From assembly GCA_002633005.1 (NCBI GenBank), contig NMRA01000389.1:62001-126000 (forward strand): 64,000 bases of DNA, written 5' to 3'. Under the pieces are notes generated by a model. It was given only the letters and a program-made list of their open reading frames with translations. It was not told the origin of the DNA and did no database searches. The translations under genes and the position numbers were made by a program. Positions 1-13,000 of the stretch are shown here, piece by piece; position 1 is the first letter of the stretch; each line of letters opens with the position of its first letter. This DNA comes from Phoronis australis (lineage: Eukaryota > Animalia > Phoronida).

Positions 1-1810
1 CAGGGATTTTTGCACTTCAGCCTTTGTTTATAAATGTAGTACTTGCCTAGGCAAAGAACCATACTTTGTAAAACCGCTTCCACCTGAACACCAAACTGAA
101 CTGAATGTTAGGACAGTTCTAAACCATGTCCAACAGCATCTACCAGCCAGTTATTAACATTAGTTCAAAACTGTTGAGTAACATTACATAACCCTTACAC
201 ATTAACAATAGATTCACTTTCATCTATGCAAAATGTGCAGAATGAGGTATTTATTATGCCAATCTTGTATAAAAATTCATTACAGCTTACAACTCTGTGA
301 ACCAGCCTAAACTAGAATTATCTTAGAGAACCCTCATTGGTGAATGAATAGATGTAGGAAAAAACATTGTACCACCATTGTGTAGTATACAAGAAATTTA
401 ATTTTTCACTCCACTTCATTTGAAACTTTATTTTTTTGCAATTTTGAGAGACAATAAATTTTATTTACTCCTTTGACATCTCCCAAAATAACTTCAATGT
501 ATCATGGACGACATGGTAAAACTACTTAATGTTTTCCTTCTCTGAGATGACTCCGGTTAGAATATGAGCTTCGTAGACCATAAAATAAAGTTACTTGAGG
601 GGTAAAGTCAAATTTCTGTTTAAACTTCTCATAATTAAGGAAACAGCCATTAGAATTAAATAAGTCGTGTACATGAGTTATGCCATTTTGAAACCACAGG
701 CTTGTTATCTATTATATATTCGAACTAAATCACAGAGGCTAGTGTATACCATCGTTTTCAGGTTCTAACAATTTGAATTTATATACACATTGAAAGACCT
801 CTTTCCAAAACACATTAGAAGTCATTTGGGACATCTTTATAAAATAGATATCCCGAATAGTAATTCTTTGAAACCTCAAAAACAGACCATTTGCTAAAAC
901 TGCCCATGGACTTGTAGTACTTTGACAAAATAGTCTATGAAACCAAGTTAATTTAATGGCTTTCATAAAAGAAGTGATGTCATTCATTCTGGTTTTACCA
1001 ACATTATACTATTGAGCAGTAGTCTTGTGACAAATTTTTTCTGTGTTGCCGTTCCATACAAAATAGTAGAACATTTTGTTCAGTTGCTTCAGGAAGGCAT
1101 GTGAAGAGGACAAGAGACTTACAAAAAGATGTATAAGTTTTGGCATAATCATGGATGTCACAATTGTTACTCTTCCAAAAAGTGTCAAGTTCGTTTCTCC
1201 CCAAATGTCTATAGCCTTCTTTATTTCACTAAGCTTGCTGCTAAAATTAATGTCGAGAATTCTATTTAAATCAATGGAGAATTGAATACCCTGTAAAGTG
1301 ACTTCTGATGTTGCCCATTTCAGTTTTATATCACAACACGTTTTTTGATAGGTTCCCCTCATAGAACCTATCCAAATACAAATCGTTTTTTCCATATTAA
1401 GCTTTAGACCAGAATATTTTGCAAATTGGTTTAAAATGTGAAGTGTTTTCCCGCAGAGACTGCTCCGAGTCATCTAAAGATACAAACGTATCTACATGCA
1501 TCAGTTTGTATTCCAAGGATCTGACTGGGATTCCCGTAACACTGTTGTCTAATCTAAAAATCCAGCCCTTAATCTCTGCACTTAGAATAAAAAGGTATGG
1601 TGATAATGGATCACCTTGCCTGCAACCATGCCCTATGTCGAAAAAGTTAGATGTGACACCATTTTGTACAACACATTGCTCTGCTCCTCCATTTAGTATA
1701 TGGACCTTTTTTCATTGAGTCACTAAAATTAACAAAATTTGGAACTTTGTTAATAAAAGACCAAGACAAGGAGTCGAACTCCTTTTCGAAGTCCACCAGT
1801 ACAAGCTAAC
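1..1810 (-). mobile_element. Degenerate L1/Tx1-clade LINE ORF2 fragment (RT plus C-terminal zinc knuckle), antisense in an eRF3 intron
   Basis: Minus-strand fragmented ORFs give typical Tx1/L1 ORF2 motifs: DFEKEFDSLSW (~1760-1795), IGHGCRQGDPLSPYLFILSAEI (~1570-1640), FAKYSGLKLNMEK and LTLFGRVTIVTSMIMPKL (ORF 1009-1473), FMKAIKLTW...W (ORF 739-987), and FLYKIGIINTSFCTFC (~225-275). Many stops and frameshifts; it runs off the window start. Confidence 0.85.
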
Positions 1811-1897
1811 CCAGTTTATTAAACATACATGTTCTTTGCTGTTGTGTGGTTCTTTGTTGTGATATGGACATGGTCTAAATTTTAAGTATTTTTTCAG

Positions 1898-4800
1898 GGG
1901 TCCCTGTTTCTTAGATTATTTAAATTGTCTCCCATCATTCAACCGACCAAGGGACAGTGCGCTACGAATTCCTATTGTGGACAAATACAAGGTAAGTTTC
2001 ACACGGCATAATGCTTTATTTTCTTCTCACTGATGTATATTAGCTGGTGTAGTTGTCATTGGTGTCTGCTAATCCAATATGCTTATTCCATTCGCCACTG
2101 CTGGTTCCTTTTTCTGTAATGTTGAACAATATAATGTATGGAGTTAACCATAACAAAGTTGTTTCTTGTTTTGTTTTCTTTTGGTTTGTGTTGATAGTCA
2201 CCCATCTTAAACCTGTCCGTTTCATTAATTCAATGTCAAAAGTCCAGTTGTAGCTGAGATGGTCATTCTCACTTTACAGAAAAGTCGCAGGATTTTGTTG
2301 TTCGAGTGATATGTTGCATTTGACGTTAAGTCATTCTAAACAACCGCCTTGAGTTGTTTTAAGGAACTCAGAATTTGCAACCATCAGACGTAGAATGGAC
2401 TTGCGACCTTTGATAAAATAGGCTCTGAGAGCTAAGCTTATGCATGTAAATAACAATCAGCTGCGTCATTTATGAAATATATCACTTGTTTTTACAGGAT
2501 ATGGGCGTTATTGTGCTTGGAAAAGTTGAATCGGGCACAGTTGTAAAGGGACAGACGTATACTTTGATGCCAAATAGGGTAACGCTTTGTTGTTTTTCCG
2601 AGCGGTTTGGATATTAATATGACTTCAGATATGCTGATTATTATTATTATTATTCTATAAACAATTTTCTTCAGATAAAAATTACTACTACTGCTTTGTG
2701 ATGGTTCTTGTTCACATACACTGCTGTCTTTCCAGTGTTTTTTTTTGTTGCAGTTTTGCAGAGGGACAAATGTTTGTTATTGGGTAGAGCCTCTTTCAAG
2801 GTTGTAATATGGCAAATTAGTAATCAAAGTCTTACGTAATTGTTCTTGAGACGAAATTGTATTTACCCCATACGCATTGAATCAGTCGAGTGGAATACGA
2901 CCATGTAATAATGTTTTCTGTATTCACCTCCCGCATTACTTTAACAGCGACCTCTGACATGGAAAGTTCAAAAGGTTGGTCAATCTCGACCCGACCTTCA
3001 AATGCCGGTCCGATCATCAAACCCTCCCAAAATAATTTAAAGTAATACATTTGCAGCAGTATAAATAACACTCAACATGCAATCAGGTCCCAATCGTAAC
3101 ATCTGAAACAGGACTGTTAATTGTATGACAGTTCTGTCTCAGTTTTCAATCGGGTAAATATTATATTGTCTGCAACTCAGGCGCCGATTCCTCAGTAACT
3201 ACAATGTCAAATATTGTTGCTATTTAACTATTTTCAGAAGATGTTACAGGTTCAATGCACAGTTACCGTTGTTTTCACCTTTGTTATCTCTTTTCAAGTA
3301 ATAAATCGTTACATTTAAGGCTGTTTCTTTTACTAGAGAAAACTTGCAACCTAACGCGCAAGTACATACAAATAGGATGTGATCCGCCAGGTGAACAGTC
3401 TGAGGGAAGTATTTCAAAAATGTGATGAAAAAATGAAAGAAACTTAGGAACTAGATGCATATGGGATAAATAAAAAGTACCTCGATTGGCGTACACGAAG
3501 TAATATCCCACGAGACATTATTCCATGTATTGATACGCGAAATAATGTCTCGTGGGATATTGCTTCATGTACGCCACTCTCGGTACGTTTTGTGTATATA
3601 CTGATACATTGGTCCTGCAATCGGATACTCATCAGCAAAGCCATTACATTTCAGTTTGAATTTTGATCTCTGTGAAATGGTACTGTACGGGTCTTTCTTA
3701 AATCTTTTTTAGATTCCTGTTGAAGTTTTACACATTTTGTCCGATGAGGATGATACAAACTTTGCGTATTCAGGCGAGAACGTGAAGGTGAAGTTAAAAG
3801 GCGTGGAAGAGGATGACGTCTCACCTGGCTTCGTGTTGTGTTCCAGTGACAGCTTGTGTAACACTGGAATGGTATTTGACGCTCAGGTACTCCTGCAGTA
3901 TATTTGTAGGTTCATGTAATTGGAGACATGTTAGCATCCCAGGGATATCCAAAAACAGGTCTCCCAAGTGTAAAAAGTGAATGTGCTCCATGGGTTTAAT
4001 TTTTTAGCGAGAAATACACTTGTTGTCAGTGGTATATGTAGTTTCTGAAAATGAGCAATGCAGGGTTTTTTTAATTTGTTCATGCATGTACATTGTGCAT
4101 TGGTCAATTTTAACCAGACTGCTAGCACAGTCTTGGCTTTTGAGCCTGGTGCGTTGCAATACGGAGCATGTGTTATGACATGTTGAGTGTTTTACTTTTG
4201 TGTGGCCTTCAGGGTTGCAAGAAAGGCTAAGAAAAAGCTTCTTCAAGTTTAGAGCTTGAGTCTTACTGTACTTCTTTCATTTAGTCACATAAATCTGCTC
4301 GATACTGTACTTGTTTCATACATAGCGTTAGTAGCATGAATATTTTGTCATGAATTACTAGCATAGTGATATTCAAAGTATCCATGCGTGTCTTCCTTTC
4401 CTTAAATATCATAAACTATATAGTGCATGTTTATATTTTCTACAATACTGAGATGATCACTCCACTGGCTAATTTCCATCAATTGTATTGGTCACAGCAT
4501 AACTTGGGGACACTGTCTCCATCTGTTGGTTATTCTCAATACTAATCTTGATTGATTGACAGATTGTTATTTTGGAAACCAAGTCCATCATGTGTGCTGG
4601 CTACAGTGCAGTTCTTCATCTTCACACGGTGGTTGAAGACGTCACCCTACAGGTGGGTCTAACAATCTGGACTCTGGAGATTTTGTTGAAATAACCCCCG
4701 AAATAAGTAGTGACGACATTGATCCAGTTAATCTTTTCACTGTCATGTTTTAGAACTGCAGTTCCCAGTGCCAAATATATAGGTAGAACATAAGGGTGCA

Positions 4801-6904
4801 ATCATGAAAAATGTTATGAAATTCTTATTTGTTGGTATGGCAGTCTGTTATTAAACTTTCAGCATGAGATTTAAACACACTGTTCTTTGATATAGTTTTT
4901 TGACATAATACATTGGCACAGGTATTCGCCTGGAAGACTATTCAAGATTACAGGTAAAAAACAGCAATAGTCAATCAAGGGTTATAGTAATATGTAACCC
5001 GCCCCGATATGTACGTGACATTTCAGAATCGGATCCTAAATCAAAATTGTTTTGAATTTGAATCAATTTCACTTTGACGATGGACAGTTTAGAGGCTAGT
5101 GTATCAGTCCCAATTTGTTGGGTTAGTGGTTGGCAGAAATTTGGTAACATGAAAAATCAAAAACTTTTTTCTTCAATCTGTAAGCGCAGGTATCGAAATA
5201 AGTCGAGGTAGAGACCAGAATCAATTATGGTGTTTTTATCAACGGTGTTTTTAATTCGTTGTTGCAAAGTTTACAGGAAATTTGGTGCACTAATGTGACC
5301 AGAAGAACTGTTGTGTTGTAGGATATCATCTGCATTATCGACAAGAAGACTGGTGTAAAGTCAAGGAAAGTCAGATTCCTGAAGCAGGATCAAATAGCTA
5401 TAGTGCGTTTCAAAGTAGTCGATGGATTAGTCTGCATGGAAACCTTCAAAGAATTTCCACAACTGGGTCGTTTTTCTCTTCGAGACGAATGTACGTACAA
5501 GCGGCGATTAATGCTGTTGTGACTGCGAAGAAATCCAAAAAATGTGCTGTAAAACAGATGTGTGTTAATTATTCCATCTCCTGCGATTGTCTGAATTTAG
5601 ACAGTTGTGAGGTCATTCCATTGAACGCCTTTTGTTCATGAAAACAGCATGTTAAGTTGCTGATGTTGTTGCTTAACTTTCTCTTGGAGTTGCTTGACTT
5701 GACTGTGGCGACCTTGTCGTCAAGTCTGTGTAATTACTAGCGAGATATCTACAAAACTATAGATTTTAACTCTGGCAGTGAAAGTGGGAATTTTCTGAAA
5801 ATTGGAATTTGTTTTTTTGGCTTTCTGCCATTAATTAGAGCATTTGTCCGTGTCTTTTTGTAACATCTATCAAAAAAAGATAGGAGCATTGATAGTAAAA
5901 CAAAGGTATCAATAATATGTCCATAAATGCGCCAGATGAAGTCTCAAAAACGCTGTTACAGTTTTCTAAATTATCGTGCCGTTTGTCCTTGCATTGTCTA
6001 ACAATAGTCCCAAAAAATATTTGGTGCTCCTATACAAATCTGAAACATTGTTAAGTCAAGTGTCGATGACCTCAATGTGTCTGGGTAAAAATTCAAAGCT
6101 AAGAACTGATATAATCAATTAAAAACAATTCAAATCAATCAAAAATGTTACATAGTAGACTTAAATGGTCAGTGACATACAGGTGAAAAATATTTCAAAA
6201 AATAGTAAGTGAAGATATGTTCATGTTTTGCCACTTTCAATTGGGGGTGGGATGATACACATTTTTAGGAATTCAGTTTGATTCTTTAGTAACAATTTCA
6301 AGAACAAAATTGATGAACTTCTCAGATTTGAAACAAATGAGCAAACCTCTGCTGTTCATTTCTTCAATGTCTCAAGAATATTCTTCAAAAGATACAAATA
6401 AGTCAAAACTTTGTGTGACACCTAATGATGATTTGAAGTGAGCATTGGCGTATCAATATCGAAATTGCGATTTCATTACAATTCAATTAATTATCGCACC
6501 CTTACTTTTAACCTCATGTGACTTTTGTTCTCTCTGTCTCCCTCCCTCCTTCCCCTCCCTCCCTCCCTCCCTCCCTCNNNNNNNNNNNNNNNNNNNNNNN
6601 NNNNNNNNNNNNNNNNNNNNNNNNNNNNNNNNNNNNNCTCCCTCCCTCCCTCCCTCTCTCTCTCCCTCTCTCCCTCCCTCCCTCTCTCTCTCCCTGCTGC
6701 AAAACTAACACTACAAAACTAACACTCCCTCATTCTAGTTTCGCGAGAGTCTGATAATTAGTCATTAGTTGATAGACTGCTCTCTCTGCCGTGGTTCTTG
6801 CTCTGTCTCATTTTCCTGCCCTTAATCAATGTTAAAACCATCTGTTGTATTTTCTTGCAGCACGCACTATTGCAATTGGAAAGGTACTGAAGATCAGAGA
6901 CTAA
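1898..6904 (+). CDS. GSPT1: Eukaryotic peptide chain release factor GTP-binding subunit eRF3 (GSPT1-like), last six coding exons; 5' part lies upstream of the window
   Basis: Exons 1898-1991, 2498-2578, 3713-3886, 4563-4652, 5322-5490, 6861-6904 (TAA), all AG/GT bounded with matching phases. Translation ...LRIPIVDKYK/DMGVIVLGKVESG...MPNR/IPVEV...GENVKVKLKGVEEDDVSPGFVLC...FDAQ/IVILETKSIMCAGYSAVLHLHT/...FLKQDQIAIVRF...ETFKEFPQLGRFSLRDE/SRTIAIGKVLKIRD* matches eRF3 domains 2-3. Candidate polyA signal AATAAA at 8374-8379. Confidence 0.96.
3477..3586. repeat. Near-perfect ~110-nt palindrome (hairpin or small MITE) in an eRF3 intron
   Basis: Left arm gtacctcgattggcgtacacgaagtaatatcccacgagacattatt versus the reverse complement of the right arm, gtaccgagagtggcgtacatgaagcaatatcccacgagacattatt. 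Confidence 0.85.
6540..6694. repeat. (CCCT)n/(CT)n microsatellite spanning an N-gap
   Basis: Directly visible ccctccct repeats flank the N run at 6578-6637. Confidence 0.95.
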
Positions 6905-8724
6905 ACTGGAGTGAGGAACCCATCAACTGTGTTACTATTAGACACGCAAGACACTTGTTCGCTATGTGAACCTAACTGAAGAGTGTACAGTCCTGTGCTT
7001 GTCAAGCATTTTCCTAGATTCAGTGTGGAAGGAGCTTGTGTAGTACCAGAGAATTCATGGGCCTGGAAGTGAGGTTGTCTGATGCATGCTGTGTTTTCCC
7101 AGGCTGCTCAAGCCACATCACACTTTGTTGTGAGGATTTTCTGATAGCTAGCCTCCCTAAATATACCCTATGTACCAAAAAGGTATACCTTTGGGCGTAT
7201 TATCCTAAATTTTATTGGTTTTAATGGATTGTCCATATTAAGAAGTGTTGGATTGAAGCAGAAATGGCAAGAAATAGCCCGTTTATGTTGATTGACCATG
7301 TGTGTACTTTTGGGTTTAAAAATGCCACACAAGTGCCATGTTTTGAATGAACACTCTTGGAGATAAATAATTCCGTGGTACTTCTCTGTTAAATTTTTAG
7401 TAACAAGTGTGAAAGAACAGCCAAGTGACTGGGCTTGGAGAAAGATGAGTTCTTTGCTATCATTAACTTAAAGAACATGGGAGTTGGATGCGTCAGTCAG
7501 CGGAAGACTTTAAATGAACTTTATTTAACATTGTAAAATACTGAGTTGTCAGTTAGTAATATACATTTAGTTCTACAGCGTAATATACTACCTGGCGATT
7601 TCCAAACATGTTAACCAAAACAGTGGTACATCACTTTACATTTAAGTGTCCTGTTTTATTTTTGTGTAGCTATTGTATGATACCAGATGGTAACTGATTG
7701 TATTAATATATTTAAATCTCATGTAGCACCAATTGGGTCAGGCCAGTATTTCAAATTTTACAGGAATGATTCAAGTTCCCGGTGGAAAATCTTTGGCAAC
7801 TCGTCGTATTGGTCATATTACCTATAAAACGTGAATAACTTTGATAATGTAGTCACATGAGCATGCATCAGGACTTGCCACACTGTTAAATTGATGTGAC
7901 ATTAGCGGTCCGATATTGTTAGACTTGGTCTTCCATAGAACGAAGGTCAAAGGAAAGGATTTGTTTACCAAGGTGTAAAAGCCACATTTTCAAAAGATTG
8001 CTGTTGGATTTTGACGGTGAAGGATTTTAAGCCATTCACGTATAAAACGTGAAACCGTTTGCTGGTTGCACTTACTGATGCTCTGGTTTTTACTTGGTGA
8101 AAGCTACTTTTGAATAAACTATTTGGTGGTACAAAATATGTCTTGGCATGGCTCAGAGGGAGAAATGACAAATCGTTAATGGTTGGGTTTGGACTGGATT
8201 CGTTGGCTTCTGTGGGTCACCATTACTATGCCAAGAGAAAGACCATCTTGTTAGCAGGTTAGGCAATGCAGGAAATTCTGCAAAATGTACCTAGGTGTTA
8301 TGTGACTCGTTTTCATGCTGTATCATCGAATTGCAGTAAATATGCACTTTTTACAAATAACATGGTTGTATGGAATAAATGATTGTGAGTTCTATGTCTT
8401 GCATTTTTATGCACCTCAAAAAGTGTCACATCCTGTCCGTCTCAGTCATTTTTACCTTTGGGTGTTCATCGATTATCTTTAAAACTCGTAGATGGATCAT
8501 GATGAAATTAAAACACCATTTTATGGAAGTCGAATACACCAGCACCAGTCTATGTTCTTCTAGATTTAACTAATGTGGTATTTGTTGGTGGTTAAAGTTT
8601 TTGATAAATTTATGGTCTGCCAATTTTTGAATGATACTTTATTCAGAGGTATGTGGCGAGAATGTGCTGGCTCCAGTCAACTTTTCGATAGAGTTGTTAC
8701 CCAAGTACACCCCGAAGACACTTG

Positions 8725-9293
8725 GGGCTGTTCCAGTAAAATCTGTATGGGAGGGGGGGAAGGCACCTTTTTTCGCACCCACCACCCATATTTTTCATTT
8801 ATTTCTTCAGCCTACCACCCGTAATTTTTTATAAGTTTGAAATGCAACCACCCGTATTTTTTTTTGTTCTTGTGGTTGACTGCACAGGCACTTGAGTTTA
8901 TCTGTTCCTCCATCACCACTAACATCATTCATTACTAAGAAAACATATGTTTCTTATATACGGTTATTAGCCATCGAGAAATTCGAGCACTTGTGGTTAA
9001 ATGGTGTTATGGGCATGTCGATGAGGAGATCGGAGGGAGTGAAAAAGTCGGAGCTTTTTGCAAGTTGCATTTTTGTTTCAGTTTTTGATTCGGTGCGGAG
9101 TGTTTATAAAATTTACTAAAATTACCCACCATCAAACATTTATGGCCCAATGAAACAACAACGGCCTGTAAATTTTTATTTTTTTTAAGTACGACCACCA
9201 GCCATTTTGAATTTAAATCAAACGCAACCACCCATAAATTTTTATTTCAGTTGCCTTCCCCCCCCTCCCACACAGATTTTGCTGGAACAGCCC
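8725..9293. mobile_element. MITE with ~40-bp terminal inverted repeats (PIF/Harbinger-like GGG termini)
   Basis: Left end gggctgttccagtaaaatctgtatgggagggggggaaggca; right end tgccttcccccccctcccacacagattttgctggaacagccc. Flanks ttg/tta resemble a TWA TSD. No coding capacity. It lies between the convergent 3' ends of eRF3 and CANT1. Confidence 0.8.
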
Positions 9294-10078
9294 TTAAAAG
9301 ATTTTCCTCGTCGTAAAGAGGCGAGTGTTTTTCATGAAATTTGATGTGTGGGATTGTTGATGCAATGTGCTGCTACCAGTTGATTTTCAAATGGATTTGA
9401 CTACTGAGGCTCCTGCTATTAACCATTTTAGTTTTCACTATTGCTTTATCCAGGGGTACCATAGAATCATTCACACAAGCATCACATCTTGCGCACAAAC
9501 CCTTTGTTAGGTGGTTCATGTATATGATTTGTCGTAGTATGTGTGATTTTGTGGTTCATGCGCGTGATTTTTTGGTTCGTCTGCATGATTCATGGGTTCA
9601 TTTGCACGATTCATAGGATTGTAGGTAGTTCGTGGGTAAGATGCGATGGTCATGCATCCTATGGTACCTTGTTATCTGTCAAATGGGTTGTGTTAGAGGC
9701 AGTGTGTAATACACTGGACCACGTGATGAAATGGCAAGTAAACATTTCAAAGATTTATTTGCAACCAATTAATATTGCAGTTGAATATCCACCCATTGTG
9801 CAAAAAATCAAAAATATACTCATTTCAAATAGACCAACTTTCTAATATTACCATCAAGTATAAAAATCGCTGAATTTTAGACGAAGAATTACGCCAATTA
9901 AAATTATTTTCTTAAAAGTTTGAAATGACCTTGGAACTAAATGTCAACTTCACATTACATCAAGGCAATAGTCATACCAGGGACTAGATCATTAACATTC
10001 TGGAATAATTATTTTCAAAGTTTGAAAAGCATTTCCTCCCGTTGATATGTCTAAAAATTAAAAGATAAGAATTAAGTA

Positions 10079-13000
10079 TCATACAAATTCAACACCTTCA
10101 AACTTATAATCTCCTAATTTTGTTTCTGGCAACCAAAAATTACCATCTAAATCAAACACCATAATATAGGATGCTATTTTGGACCCATCCTCCTCAGTCT
10201 TCAAAGCAACTATGACCCTGTCTTCAGTAGTAGGAATAAACTTGAATGACGAAAATCCATGAGTGGGATTAAGCTCTCCTATATGTTTAACAGAAATGTC
10301 ACTGAAGGTTGCATCAGATGTGATCATTAGGTTGGTAGCTCTTCTCTCATCTGCTGTTTCATCATAGCGTTCTTTACTTGCTCTTCGTGGAAGAAAAAAC
10401 CATTTCCTATGAATGTCACTCCACACTGCAGACTCATGAATCATGTAGCCTGAAAAAAGAAGATACAGTGAAGCTGAATTTCAAAATATTTGCACCATAC
10501 TGAAATTCACTACCCACCAGATGGCGATCAGGTCTTTGGTGGACAACTGTTCAGCGCCACCTACAGATTCCATGTAATGCAGACAGGAGGTTTCAAACTT
10601 CTGGTACAAACACCTTTCCTGCTATCAAAATCCTGGCAAATTTCCACCGCTGTACATTGTAATGTACCCATGCCTTACGGAAAAAAGGCAAACCTTATGA
10701 AATATCAATGGATGAATTAACAAGGACACCGTGCTCCATACACTTCCTACTACCAAGAAGAATCAGCAACAAATCCAGTGACTGCAGCTGATAAAGCGGG
10801 AGAATTTCAATCCTGGCCAGAATTAAAAAAATGTTAAATAAACTGGGGAAATTAAACTAAACAACATGAGGATCTGACAGTGGAATTTATTCCCCTGCTT
10901 TTTTTTGAATTAATGAACCACCGTGAAGTAATTTAATTTTTGGACCACCAAATCTGAGTCAAGATCAATCGGAAGCTACCATTACTCTACAGAATGCCAA
11001 CATGAAAAGTCCCCAACTGTTTTGGAACAGAAAATAAAATAAGATACGGCAGTATGAATTACTGCAGTGAAGGAATAAACAAAGGAATTTTCAAATTCAA
11101 TCCAAATAATTTTTACGCATGAAGTGTACAATTTCTTCAATATGTAATAAAGCATTAAGTAAGAGACAAAATCATGCTTTCAAACAAAAAATTTGTATGA
11201 TTTCAATTTGAAATTGACTGATTAGTTAACCTAATCTGGAGTACTACACCATTTGCAAAAAAAGAAGCAGAGTGATTTTTGTCCTACCACTCTTGGCATC
11301 ATGGTGCTAAACTTTTAACTGAACAGTGAGAATTCACCAGACGCATGTAAGAGCTCATGCTGGTTTTCCAGGTGCATGGCTATAGACTGTAATGTGAGGT
11401 TTTGCAACAAAGTGGCGCAAGTACTCCACTGCAGGCAAACGTTAGATACTTCTTTTTCTCCAAACTTCCTACGCTGACATATTCAAATGATTTGTGAGCA
11501 GAATCTGCTGCTTCCACATAGTTACAGCAATGCTCCACTTATTTCACAAAAATAGTCAAAAATTTTCCAATTTCTAATATTTGAAGGCTGATTACATAAT
11601 AATGGAAACTTTCCAAATGTATGACATCCACAAACCATTCTAGTAATAATTTAGAAATACATTGAATTTTTGTTCTAAACTTGAATTATTTTAATGCAAA
11701 ATTTGACAAAACAGAATTTCACTTGTTGACCATACAGTGTGCTAAGTAAGTGCAGTAGGTCATTTTCAAGCAGATGTCGGCAAAATGGAACCTACCTGGA
11801 TAATGAATTCCATCAGCAGCCCTAAGAGCATTGTAGTTCCTATGCCAGTCATGATGAAGTACGTCGCCATGGTGACCAACAATCTTGATCCATTGGGGAT
11901 TCAAGTTCTGTAGTTCACCCTTAGGCGTAGTCCACTCTTTACCTAAGCCACCAACATATAAAGACCCGTCTTTTACAGCGGCCCATTCACACTTAAATCC
12001 TGGGAAGACAACCACATAAAGATGAGACAAAATTAATGTAACGGTCAATATTATGAATGGAATTAATGTAACAGTCAATATTATGAATAGACTACAGCAG
12101 CACCCTCATTCTCCTGTGGGGATATTTGCCTGTGCCTTCTTAGAGCATATTTTTCCAATGAGAAAATCACCCTCTATCTGCACCGATCCCCTCCCCTCCC
12201 TACTCCACAGCTACGCCAAGCCATGACACTGTGAACTTTTGCAAAACTTTAAAAATCTGTCAGACACTGAATGTCTGCATGACTTGAAATTATCTCTAAC
12301 CTTGAGGGTAGTTATGATCATTGGATAACTGTTTGGCCTGGTGCAGGGAATTTTACTTGATTTTCAAAAAATGTTCTCCATTGGGGAATGAGGCCCCAAA
12401 TTGAGTCATGGATGGTCCTGAAAAAGGACCTTTGCTACCACTGTTCGTTTGGCAACATACAAAATATGGCAACATTTGGCAGAGCAAGTTTCGCACATGT
12501 TTCGAAAGGTCACACACAACTACACAAAACTGCACAAATGAAAAGCGAGTGTTTTGCAAGTATACTACTAGAGTGCACTTGCAAAATGTCTGCTACTGAA
12601 ACGATTAGTCGGTGAAGTTGGAATGTTGAATTATGGGATAGAATTCACTGTTTCCATACCATAATTGAAGGTTTCTCTCTACAAGTCTCGTCCCTTACAT
12701 TTACAGAATGCTACACATGTATTTAGTAGTTATGTATTTGGTGGCACGAGGCAGCATGTGATTAACCGTGAATCACTGTGTACTCATAGAATAACACACA
12801 TAGTCCTCAGTCCTGTCAACATCAAAATATTCTAAAATGTCAGTCAAACTGTTATTGAAATGATTCATGGAATAAGTTACCCGTTTGGAGATTTTTGTTA
12901 TACCAACCACGTCATCACAAACAATAGACACGACCACTGTCTCAACTGTCAGAAGCTTTTCGGCCAATTATGCCTGTGGCTATAATTACCTTTGTGCATA

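Noticed and set aside
6445-6754. Pro/Ser/Leu-rich and Arg/Glu/Gly-rich ORFs
   Set aside because: They are translations of the (CCCT)n microsatellite and N-gap inside an eRF3 intron.
1992-6860. Intronic snoRNAs in the translation-factor gene
   Set aside because: Isolated TGATGA motifs exist (e.g. ~3423, ~6426), but I found no C/D pair with a terminal stem and no clear H/ACA fold. An Infernal/Rfam scan would be decisive.
12030-12090. 31-bp tandem duplication creating a hydrophobic N-terminus on ORF 11719-12078
   Set aside because: It is intronic sequence upstream of the real acceptor at 12000, not a signal peptide.
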